A stretch of DNA of 63,710 bases, the filler included, from Perkinsus chesapeaki ATCC PRA-425 (Eukaryota; Protista; Perkinsozoa), in assembly GCA_013115145.1 (NCBI GenBank). It is 4 parts of 4 records of this genome, joined end to end, with 100 filler letters (N's around TTAATTAATTAA, not from the genome) between each part and the next. Parts side by side here need not be neighbours in the genome. Positions count along the whole stretch, not along the records: positions 1 to 28,201 come from JAAPAO010000481.1; positions 28,302 to 53,486 come from JAAPAO010000531.1; 2 more parts are not named here. One strand, 5' to 3'. Each line of letters begins with the position of its first letter. Within the stretch, counting starts at the first letter, position 1. Below, one piece after another: positions 22,092 through 32,988 of the stretch. The notes under the pieces are model-generated. The model worked only from the letters and a program-made list of their open reading frames with translations. It did not search any database and was not told where the DNA came from. Made by a program: the position numbers and the translations under genes.

Positions 22092-22477
22092 AGTAGGATT
22101 CTTTGAAATTCTACTGGATGAGAATCTCTTCTGTGTGACCCCACTGCAAGTGGCTCAGCCATGCGATTAGGTCTCCAAATGCATTTTAGTATATCTTGGT
22201 TGCGATTGAGAGCATTCCAACAACCTGTCTTACAATGCCTACATTATTTTCGAAACTAATGTTGTCCATCTAACGAGTCTATGTACGTGTCCACTATCGC
22301 TTATGCTAACAGTTTTCTGGTCAATACCAAGCGGTTTGTGTCCCCTGTCGTTCACGCCATCGGTCCTCTGTTCAAATTCTGTCTGGTGTCACTCAAGTTT
22401 CAAGTCAAGTTCTGAGGTGTTTGACTTCTTCGAAATCAGTACCCTTTCCACAAGTGCCCTGTCCTTGATTTATTCAA

Positions 22478-25400
22478 GGTGTGCGGCACACCGTGTGCCC
22501 AATACAGTTTCAGCCGCATCTGGTAAGCATCAGTCGTCCAGGTAGAATTATTTATCTGTTGTTGTTAATTTAAATGCCATCAAGTAGGAATTCGCACGAG
22601 AGGTGGGTCCAAAGCTCTGTAAGTATAGCAGGGTTACAACTTCCCAGAGCTGAAGCGCATGGTGCGCTGCGCACCTACTTCTCCAATGGAATGGGATCAA
22701 AGATCGATAACTGGTATCAACTTCACTCGCAACCCCACACTCGCTGATGTCGAAAGAGAGGTATTGGGAAATCCAAGACGCAAATGTTAGTCTTTCTGAG
22801 GAACGTAAAGAGTAACGAGGTGTTGATGTTGTTGTGCGAGTTGCACAACAATAGAACCTCAGCTGAGCTGGTCTCTACTTGAGACTATTAGTGTCAATGG
22901 TAGTGGGAGAACTTGGCTATAAGTTCTTACCTTACTTTGGCCTGTTGAGTTCTTTGGTGGTTAAGGTTGGCCCGTAGTCTGTGTTTAGTTGATTTAACAC
23001 AGGAACACCGAATGACCTTCGACAAAGGCTAACCAGGATCGTGTTATCGAACCTAGTTCCAGCTTACTTTAGTGCCGACCAGTCAAGAAACAGAATGGGA
23101 GCAAAGAAATGAAGAGATGCTCGCACGGAGTGCTCGATGAAACTGGGAATATGAGTATCAATTGCTAAATTTATTTTATGTTTTCTGAGACTCGCTGCTT
23201 AGGCACCAAGCAGCTCCGTTATACGAACGTGCAGTAAAAGAGAGTGAGAGTCTCTCCACCAAGCGGCTACCGTTTTGGTCAAGTCTCGGCAGTCTGGTCC
23301 CCCCTCGAGTCCCAAGTCAAGCTCTGGAGAGTTTTCCTGCTTTGAAATGCAGTGGTTTCTTTCTCAGCGCCCCAGCTTTTCTTGAATCATCTAAGGTGCG
23401 GTCCGAAACAGTCTCAGTGACATTTGGAAAGCACAGGTCGTCTGGGCAGATTACTCAGCATTGTCAGTGATAACTTGTCAGCTCTAATTGTTTCGGTCAA
23501 TGTTGTTCTGTATGATCTCCGTTTGAGTTGGCAGAACTCTTGTGAATTAAATGGAATCAGAGGTTTATAGCTCCCATTGGCTTTGCTCGCAACCCCACAA
23601 TAACGAATACCAAACAAAATATCACAAAATTAATGCCACGCAAAGCTCAGATGTGAGAGAACAGACGTTAGGTAATTCCGTTAGGTAACTTTCGCTGTCA
23701 TACCAGACGTTCGCTCTTCTGAGGGCGCAGGAAGTAATGAGGTGTTGGCCTGCAGCCTGTGTTTAGCCCCTCCATGATCGACCACATGGCCTCCTAGAAG
23801 CAACCCTTCTTAACAAGCTGTCAGCGGCAACATCGGTGGCTAGCTGGGTTTGTGTTATCGAACCAAGTTACAGACGAACCTTCGAGTTGTTCGACGAAGT
23901 TGTTCGACGAACCTGGTTACAGTAGAATATCAACAGTGTGCTTGAGTGCCAAGTAGTCAGGAGCGAAGACGTTTCTAAACCGCCCCCACGGGAGTGCCCC
24001 CCCCCAAATTATGAGGCTGCGCCCTAGTATGAGCACCGAGCCCACTGGGCTCAGCCCAGATCTAGGATACCTACCATGGCCCTGGGTGGTAGGATCAGTT
24101 AGTCTGACATCCCCATGTTAGATTAGCTTCCAAAGTGGTTGATAAGAATTTGTCGCACGCTGAGGAGTTACTTTCCCGATATATCTGGTAGTACCAGACT
24201 GGTACAAGTGCGAATAACTCGCTGAAATTACGTGTGTATATCAGCAACAGCTATACTCATAATCCACTGCGCGCATAATGCCAAATATGTGATATTTAAA
24301 TCTTAAGATCGAAAAAAACGTACTGTAGTTGATAAGAATTTGCCAGCAAACTGACTGTGTACGTGTTTCAGGTGGTCAAGTTGAGTGTGAACGTGAATTA
24401 TGAAGATCAAACATTAAGTGTACGTGTTTTATGTGTACCGATCGTGAACATCCCGTCTCATATTAGACCACCACCGGGTGGCACCTCAACATAAAAAGTG
24501 GCATCAACTCCATTGAACTTGAATGTGTGATCATATGGCCTAACACCAGAGCCACATCTGGAACTGGTCTGCATAGTGTGATCGGGCGAGTTGACGATGA
24601 CCCTCAGATTTAGGAAAGGGTGGCTACAGGTCACGTTATATATACCACATCATAAGGCTTAATAGGGTAGAATTGTCGGGGGTATCCATGTCTACCACTG
24701 ATATACTTGAGAGTTAAGATAAGTAGTTGGGGGAGTAGTTTCAATGAGATGTCCATTCGGCGTAACGGCAGGGAATTTCCTACAACCCAATAAATTCTTG
24801 GCAATAAATTATTGCCAATAATTATGAAGTTTAATATCAACACATTGCACGCAGCACATAGATATTACCAGCGAGCGTCCATACCGTAACTGAAAGGGCT
24901 GAGAGGAGCGACCCACAACCTGCCGCTGGACTATTGTGGTCGCCAGGCCACCGGACTTAGTACTGCCATTCATCCGTTAAATTACCACACGGGCGCGTGG
25001 GTCTGGTGGGCGTGACTCGTAGAGTCCGTCCAAAGGGCAAGTTGTCACCAGCCGGGTTAGTGCGATATCTACACTGCACAGGAAACGATTGTTGACGACG
25101 AGCCCTGCACCCGGGAGTGGAGGGATGGGGGCGGAAATGCGATATGCATTACGCTAGAACATGAACACTGGCCTAGAGATCCACAAGGTGCTACAAGTAG
25201 AGCATCACACATTCCTATTCGTCACGACAGTCGATCCCCTTTCTGCTGTAGAGTGCGCGAACGCACAAAGCTATGCCAAATACACGCCCCCCCCACACAC
25301 ACAAAGTTCTACTCCACAATGTGGAGTCCACTCATGGACTCTCGCCAATGTGGAGTCATTCAACACCCATACTTCTATAGTAGACCCTCAGCCATGCTAG

Positions 25401-27438
25401 TCATATAATATTAATGTCTCGTGACCTAATTGTCTTCAAATCCGTACATACGCAATTGCACGCCTTTTGCAGCTCCACACAATCTTAGCAATGACACTAG
25501 ATCAGAAAAACTACGCAGCACTTTATAATTATAAAATCCTTTTGAGTGGCTTCTAAAACACTCAGTAATCTACTTCGCGCCTCTGTACGGCTAAAATGTC
25601 AATAAGTCTTTTGGGAACAGATCGGGTACAGCTCTCAATCACATCAGAAGAAATACGAGATCACGCCTGAAAAAATGGTGACCTTCAGCTCCGCTAGAGA
25701 CCTAAAAGTCGGCTTCCTCGGGCCATACAGGTCTTTAACCATGTATGCCGGGCATACTATGCCCAGATATTTTCTACTGAGGTCTGGGCTCAAGGCCGGC
25801 CACCTAGGACTCCTAGCCTAGGAGTCCTAGGCTAGGAGGGTTAATATCACGAGCACGGAACCAGTCGGCAGTGCTGCTGGTGCGACATGGTGCATTATCT
25901 TGTTGAAGCACGATACCACAGGCTTTAAACTCGTCTCAATAAGGAAGCAAGTGATTCGATAGAGCCGCCTTGCCAGTGGTAAACCTCACTGTTCCTTCGG
26001 ATCGTAATATCGGTGAGAGCAACCGAGTCTATCTTCAACTTGACATACTGAGCCGGAGGCACAGTGCCCTCAAATCGAGCATGAACCTACGAACAGTCTC
26101 CGCAGAGATCCATAGATCGAGCTCTTTGATAGCACTAGGAGCAGAAGACCCAGCGTTGTGGTCGGACCACAGTGGTCCACAAACTGTAGAGGAAGTAACT
26201 GTGAGGAAACTGTAGCGAACAACTCGGCGGCGGGCACGCTCGCTGAGCTTGAAGTTTCAGCCCTCTCTAAGAAGACTTCTTCTGCTGGATGGCATCGTCG
26301 TTCGCGGTAACCACTCGACACACAGACTGTGAGTCACAGTTGCCACATGAATATTATTGCCTTTGGCAATCACCTTGCGAGAGTAGCGACAACGGCCATC
26401 TGGTAGCTTCTGCGCGTGCATGGCTCTAATGCAAAACTTGTCTTGTGGAGTCAGCCTGACTCAGTCAGATTTTTAAGCATGATTCAAGCGTGCCATAGGG
26501 GATCTGTTAATCGACCAAGTTATTCTGGAGAAGGAAAAGTGCTTCAGTCACGAGAAAGGGAGGTGCTTCAAGGTTTTCTAAGATCCGTAATGCTAAGAGG
26601 AAGACACATAGTCTGTTACAATCTTGTTGCTGTCACTGTCTCTGCGACCGATTCAGAGGCTCGGGCGGGCCTAACGACGAGAGCATAGCACACAATAGCC
26701 TGCTGGCTTGGCAGCGACAAAAAGCTGCGGCAGAGCATTTGCCCATTTGTCCCTAAGGAGTGCGTAACACCGGGATTGAACCCGCGCTTTTCTTATGGCG
26801 ACATGCCTCAACAAAAAGTAGAAGTTTAGAGACCCGAATACACGATATTTGCTTCATAATATGGCGGATTTATGACTCTTATGGTAGTCTGAGACTACTT
26901 GCGCTAATAGAGACTACTAGTCTCTATTGGCGCAATGTGCAGGAGGTATGACGTCAACGATTCTCCAGCAAAATTTCCCATTATTTTTCTATTTCCCCCT
27001 ATTTTTCGGGAATTTTATCCCTACGGAATGAAGCCTAACCTATTTTTCGGAATGAAAAATACATATGTGTTGATAGTCCGGTTACCGATAGTTCCTACCC
27101 ACATCGATTTAAGCAGCTCCAATACCCACATATTAACTCAACATTGTTTCATTCGACCTTCTATTCTTGAGGCTTTAGTTTGTTGATCCAACCAATAGAT
27201 TCCTTGACTGAATCAACATTAGCTTACAGCATAGCATCTAACCCTGCGGTTGGTATTATCGATCCTCGCCGTAGAGTATCAGACTCGTGGAAATTAGACC
27301 GTCTAATGGACCAGACATTCGCAGATGTTCCGCTCAGAACTTCCGCTTCTCTTGGCTGAGCACATAGCTCAATATCGATGAATCTCCGCTTGAGCGCAGT
27401 CTCTTCTACATTGTCTGGCACAACTTGTGCCGCACAAG
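22478..27438. mobile_element. Cluster of ten putative hAT excision footprints
   Basis: Exact 7-8-7 at 22478, 24038, 25743, 26157, 27417; near-exact at 22654, 25312, 26319; two-tailed at 26884; compound at 25803. Confidence 0.65.
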
Positions 27439-27740
27439 CCTATCTGTCTAATGAGACAGATGTGTTTTAGCCAGCACCCTGAATGAAAGTGGTCCTGTCA
27501 AAAAAGGTGTGACTAACACGAGTTTGATAGATCCCAGAGAAGATTAATCATTATTAAGAAATCCTATTTCATAGCCTGTTGTTATTGATAGAAGAGCGTT
27601 CGGTATTGAAGAGGAAGAATGAAAATAAGCCTCTTCAAAAATGGCTATGATAAATGACTAAAAAAGGTTGCGGCATTCCAGACAATAAACTTGCCAAGAT
27701 TTTGGAGAACGCCATGTAGGTGCTTAGATGCCTTCGGCCT

Positions 27741-28201
27741 TTATCGAAGGAGGCTGAACCTTTTATTATCGAAAATCTTAAGCAAACCAGTGTGCTTGTA
27801 GAAGGGAGCCCAAATACCATACGCGACAACGAGGTCAAGCTTATAGCTGAGGAGATTCCTATCCACTGTTTCGGCTAACAGTGCGCCCTTAACCAGAAAG
27901 CCAGCAACTAGCGCATCAAGGCCACCCTCCAATGGAATATAGTTAGCTAAGATATTATCTTTGCCACCTCCAACAACACCAACACCGCCGAATGTGGCCG
28001 AAAGCAGATCAGTAGAAGCAGCTTTGAGAGATACTCCACCAGAGAGAACATAACCGCAACCTATCTCAACCACACCTCGGAAGTGTCGAGGATTACCACC
28101 ATCAAGAACCTCCAATTTTGCAGTAGCTTCCAGTCTAACCTCACCGTCTGTAGAAAAGACAACGGCAGATCCACCACCTGAAATATGGAGGTCAACCGCC
28201 T
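27741..28201 (-). CDS. Stop-free reading frame running into the scaffold end, unidentified
   Basis: About 153 open codons (AVDLHISGGGSAVVFSTDGEVRLEA...KRFSLLR*); could be an antisense shadow. Confidence 0.25.
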
Positions 28202-28301
28202 NNNNNNNNNNNNNNNNNNNNNNNNNNNNNNNNNNNNNNNNNNNNTTAATTAATTAANNNNNNNNNNNNNNNNNNNNNNNNNNNNNNNNNNNNNNNNNNN
28301 N
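28202..28301. other. Artificial scaffold linker N44-TTAATTAATTAA-N44
   Basis: Same 100-nt spacer at 53487-53586 and 62104-62203; stops in all six frames. Confidence 0.95.
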
Positions 28302-30176
28302 TGCCATCATCCTCCACCGGAACGGTGCCATCCTCTACTGGAACGGTGTCAGCAGGCTCTACGAGAACGGTGCCGTCCTCCTCCACTGGAACGGTGCCAT
28401 CCTCCTCCACTGGAACGACGTCAACATGCCCCACTGGAACGGTGCCACCGGGCTCTACGAGAACGGTGCCATCCTCCTCCACTGGAACGGTGCCATCCTC
28501 CTTCACTGGAACGGTGCCATTCTCCTTCACTGGAGCGGTGCCATCCTCTTCCACTGGAACGGTGCCATCCTCCTCCACTGGAACGGNNNNNNNNNNNNNN
28601 NNNNNNNNNNNNNNNNNNNNNNNNNNNNNNNNNNNNNNNNNNNNNNNNNNNNNNNNNNNNNNNNNNNNNNNNNNNNNNNNNNNNNGTGCCATCATCCTCC
28701 ACCGGAACGGTGCCATCCTCTACTGGAACGGTGTCAGCAGGCTCTACGAGAACGGTGCCATCATCCTCCACCGGAGCGGTGCCATCCTCCTCCACTGGAA
28801 CGACGTCAACATCCTCTACTGGAACGGTGCCAGCAGGCTCTACGAGAACGGTGCCGTCCTCCTCCACTGGAACGGTGCCATCCTCCACTGGAACGGTGCC
28901 AGCAGGCTCTACGAGAACGGTGCCGTCCTCCTCCGCTGGAACGGTGCCATCCTCCACTGGAACGGTGCCATCCTCCACTGGAACGGTGCCATCCTCCACT
29001 GGAACGGTGCCATCATCCTCCACCGGAGCGGTGCCATCCTCCTCCACTGGAACGGTGCCATCCTCCTCCACTGGAACGGTGCCATCATCCTCCACCGGAA
29101 CGGTGCCATCCTCTACTGGAACGGTGTCAGCAGGCTCTACGAGAACGGTGCCGTCCTCCTCCACTGGAACGGTGCCATCCTCCTCCACTGGAACGACGTC
29201 AACATGCCCCACTGGAACGGTGCCACCGGGCTCTACGAGAACGGTGCCATCCTCCTCCACTGTAACGGTGCCATCCTCCTCCACTGTAACGGTGCCATCC
29301 TCCTCCACTGTAACGGTGCCAGCAGGCTCTACGAGAACGGTGCCGTCATCCTCCACCGGAACGGTACCACCGAGATCGAGGGACGCATCAGAAAAGTCCT
29401 CTTTGAAGCTCACTAGTGAAGATGGTGTGCTCACAGAAGTCTCCACAAGCAGCTCTGAGCATCAAGTTATAGGTGAGGCAAAAAAACCAGAAGTCCGTAG
29501 TGAGGCACCTACACGTGCGGAGAAGCAACCTACTACATTAGAGAGGCCCGTGGTAGCCCGGCACACTCAAAGCCTAGTCAAACCGGGGGCTTCGCCTTAT
29601 GGAGCAGGCCATAAGGAGAAGAATGCTGAGTCATCATCGAAACCAGCTGCCGCGGTTTCCCAAGCTGCTCCGTCTGTAGCGAAGGCTGTGGATGAGGCAG
29701 ACTCTAGTACACCACAGAAGAATGGGAATGAAGCACGACAAGAGGGAACTGGCAGACCTGAACTAAAGGACAAAGGAACTCCCGCAAAAGAAGAGAGCTT
29801 CGAGAGGGTCCAGGGGCCCGGCGGCCGGTTAAATGCTTCCTTAACTACTACTAGCCGCAATAGGCCGCAGCACGGCACGTCAACTGGTTCGGGTGCCGAA
29901 GGGGAAGGTGCACAAGAAGGTGGCAATGATGGGAGGAGAGCGCGGCCTTCGAAGATCCAGAAAACCAGGTCCCCGAGGAACACTATTAAAGTGCGGATCC
30001 CCTACTCGTGGACACGTGGCTCGAGAGTGAGGTTTTCGGTGGATGGTGGTGTCGTTGAGTTTGTCCCGATGGATACGTGCTCGCCTGGTCAGATATTGAC
30101 CTACAACAAAACAAGTAATAAACTATTTTACGTCCCAGAGCCCAGAGCGGACGTCGAAGTCATCTCTCTCGAATGA
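28302..30176 (+). CDS. Ser/Thr/Gly/Pro mucin-like repeat protein, 5'-truncated, internal gap 28587-28685
   Basis: 21/24-bp units encoding P(S)SSTGTV and AGSTRTV variants, then a low-complexity stretch and a non-repetitive C-terminus (TIKVRIPYSWTRGSRVRFSVDGG...VEVISLE*) followed by AT-rich 3' sequence. Confidence 0.7.
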   Translation, partial: CHHPPPERCHPLLERCQQALRERCRPPPLERCHPPPLERRQHAPLERCHRALRERCHPPPLERCHPPSLERCHSPSLERCHPLPLERCHPPPLERXXXXXXXXXXXXXXXXXXXXXXXXXXXXXXXXXVPSSSTGTVPSSTGTVSAGSTRTVPSSSTGAVPSSSTGTTSTSSTGTVPAGSTRTVPSSSTGTVPSSTGTVPAGSTRTVPSSSAGTVPSSTGTVPSSTGTVPSSTGTVPSSSTGAVPSSSTGTVPSSSTGTVPSSSTGTVPSSTGTVSAGSTRTVPSSSTGTVPSSSTGTTSTCPTGTVPPGSTRTVPSSSTVTVPSSSTVTVPSSSTVTVPAGSTRTVPSSSTGTVPPRSRDASEKSSLKLTSEDGVLTEVSTSSSEHQVIGEAKKPEVRSEAPTRAEKQPTTLERPVVARHTQSLVKPGASPYGAGHKEKNAESSSKPAAAVSQAAPSVAKAVDEADSSTPQKNGNEARQEGTGRPELKDKGTPAKEESFERVQGPGGRLNASLTTTSRNRPQHGTSTGSGAEGEGAQEGGNDGRRARPSKIQKTRSPRNTIKVRIPYSWTRGSRVRFSVDGGVVEFVPMDTCSPGQILTYNKTSNKLFYVPEPRADVEVISLE

Positions 30177-30447
30177 GCTGTTGGTGTTTGTTATTTCTGT
30201 TTGGGACTAATGTATAATGCTTGTACGTAAATTACATTTCATTCTTCCTTTGCTGCTTTGAGTTCCTGTCAATTATGTGCCGCATCCATCATCGGATTTT
30301 TCGGCAACTAAGGATTCGCAAACTTGGTTTCATCAACGGTGACGCGCTTTTTCGTCGACTTCACAGTTCTCGGCGAGGATGAAGCCCCCTTCGCGCCATC
30401 TATCGTTCGATGAGCTCAATGTGCTTCAATAGGGATTGTTTTTCACA

Positions 30448-32572
30448 ATGACCACAACCGATAATCTGTTGGCGATCTTCTCGCGTCTACGGCCAAACGT
30501 TCGAAAAGGGTCATGGGTTTCCCTGGCCGCTTACCCCTACGTTGTCTTAATAGGCTGCCAGTCAGACATTCTGGTCATGATGCCTTCTAAGGACCAAAAC
30601 TCGTGTGAGGTGGTTGCCCACATAACCGACCTGCCGTCAGCTCCCCGTTACATCTGTCCGCTATTGGCAGAGGGTAGGCTGAGGCTTGTTGTCGGCTGCG
30701 AGGGCGGCACCATCATCGTCATGGACTTCGGGGAGCGGGCGTCCCATTGGAAGGTGGTTCAGCGGCTCAATGCTCCTGCGGAGATCGCTGCCATTGCGAT
30801 CGTCCCCAACACTATTCTAGTAGCATCTGAGGCGACCCTTTGGTCCTTTAGTGGGAGTGACCTCAAAAAAGAGTTTCAAACACGGAACGGTGAGGTCATC
30901 ACACAAGTCGAAAGCACTGAAGATGGCTCCGCGGTGTTACTATTGCGTCAAGGCGGCGGTCTTAGGCTCGCGATGGCCCCGGCTGGCTCGGGAATGTCAG
31001 TTTCGTACGGTCCTCCATTCCCTCCCGGAACCACTGTACACCGAATCGTATCGCAAGGTCAAGCCCGGCGAATTACCAAGGTACTTTGTCTCGTCACCAC
31101 TTCTCGAGGAGCCACAGTTTTCGAATGCGGTTTCCACGCCGACGCTGCACGCGCACCCAAGCTGCGACCAGTCGCCTATCTCGAGTCGCGCAGCGATATA
31201 AATTCAACCCTCCTTCTAACAAATCAAAACCCAGAGCTCATTTTGGCTTTACTCTGGACAAGCGATGAAGTTAGAATCCGAGCTCGACTATCCAATAGTA
31301 AAAATGACGAGATGCGTGCTTGCATAAGTATGGAAGGGGATAAAGCTGACCGTGGCGACAAACGAGGCGTGGACGATACGCAGAGGGAAGATTTTCGTAC
31401 AGTAGAAGTGAGGTGATTATCTTTGATTAACTTCAGCAATTTCGTCAGGACATCGCGCCACTCGGCGTGGGTTACGACGAAGCTCTCAGATCACCGGTTC
31501 TGTTGCTACTAGTGTACCCTAAGATTCAAGTAGGCTAGTGCGGGACAGTGCAGCCTAGTCATCTCACTATCTCAGCCTTCAACTCCGAGCATCGTTACAG
31601 TGATATTGAACGCATTACACAAAGAGACTTCGTCGATTACAACTGCCACCACTAAGAGCTCGCCTGTAGAAGTGCACGTATCCGCGCATAATCACCATGT
31701 TAGCTCCGCTCGTAGGGGTATATCGAATAAGCTACCGATGCACCGATGGTCCTCTGCAGGTTACAATGCCTCTGATGAACAAGCCGATATGCCAGCGCAG
31801 GCGCGAGATGGTCCGTGGCAAGACTGGCGGCTATGGTCCCAGTTTTCATCTTCCTGGCGCAATATAACTAAGGAAGGTTAGATTCATGTTAATCTGAAGC
31901 TTAACAACCTGTGCTCTTGCTAGCTCGATTGAAGCCATTGACTAAAGCTGTAACTTCAACTACATCCTCATCAAGCCTGTCACTGTCTTTAATAGAAAGT
32001 ATATCAGGAAACCAAACCAGCCATAAAGAAGTGTCTCCCCATGATAATCCTAGGCCCAAGGATGCCTGCCCTCACTTAGGTGGGGTTAGAAATGAAATAG
32101 CTTCCTTACCTTGTGCCATATTGCTCTGTTGCAGGTCACTGGCTTGGCACTTCCAGGCTGGAGGAGTCGCCGCTCGATCCTTGGCACAACCATCTCGCTA
32201 GTCCCTACCGCACAATAGAGCACTCACGGCGGAGCCAAAACTACAGGCGAAATATTTTACAGCGGGCCAAACTTAGCCGCTGCAGACCTGAGCTAGCCGA
32301 TCTTACGAACGAGCAGAAGCAGCTTCTCAACGTAGTCCGTGGCGTGCAGCCAGCGGAGCAGAGATTTGCCTCAGGAACCGATGGACCTTCCCAGGCGATC
32401 ATTGTCGTACGGGACGATCTACACGATGAGTCGAATGGAAAAGGAGGAGTTTTTCAAAAAGATCATAGCTCCCGTGCCCAACCCGTCAAAATCGTTTCAT
32501 AAGAAGATTGCACGGATTAGAATCAAAAGGTGGGTACAAACGCGTGCATTTGTTAGCTACGTTTTACTTTAG
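30448..32572 (+). CDS. Hypothetical beta-propeller-like protein, spliced 3' part
   Basis: ~320-codon first exon with WD-like strands (RLVVGCEGGTIIVMDF, IAAIAIVPNTILVASEATLWSF); further exon-like ORFs to 32572. Confidence 0.5.
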
Positions 32573-32988
32573 TGCTTCGTTGGCTTCCAAGGATTATCTT
32601 CGCCAGTTGTACCGGAAAACTGGAGCATTGGTTAGTCGGGCAGAAATTGGCAGCGGGAGCGTATGAAGCCGCTGGCAAGGTCGAGTTGCCCGCGTAGTCG
32701 CGTTTGATGCCTTCTTGGCGAGACGTCCTAGCATTTGTTGCACCTTTACTGACATCTTACCCACAATGGCATTGACTGCTACTTTACCAACGTCTCTAGT
32801 AGATTACCATTGTGTACTCTTCATGGCATTGTGCTCACTTTGTTGTTAACTTTATAAATCAGCTCGTGTTGTGCTATATAGTTCCCCGATGCGGCTAATA
32901 ACCTGCATTTAGTCCGAGGATCGTGGTTTCCTCTCCTCTCCTACTATGAGCGATAAGAACTCGAGGCAATAAGGAATGGGTGGATAAT

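Noticed and set aside
24138-24342. 15-bp direct repeat GTTGATAAGAATTTG, 190 bp apart
   Set aside because: Only two copies, no element structure, and not CRISPR-like spacing.
28202-28301. TTAATTAATTAA palindrome inside N runs (also 53531-53542, 62148-62159)
   Set aside because: Artificial six-frame-stop linker; ORFs ending in LIN and any cross-linker gene neighbourhoods are artefacts.
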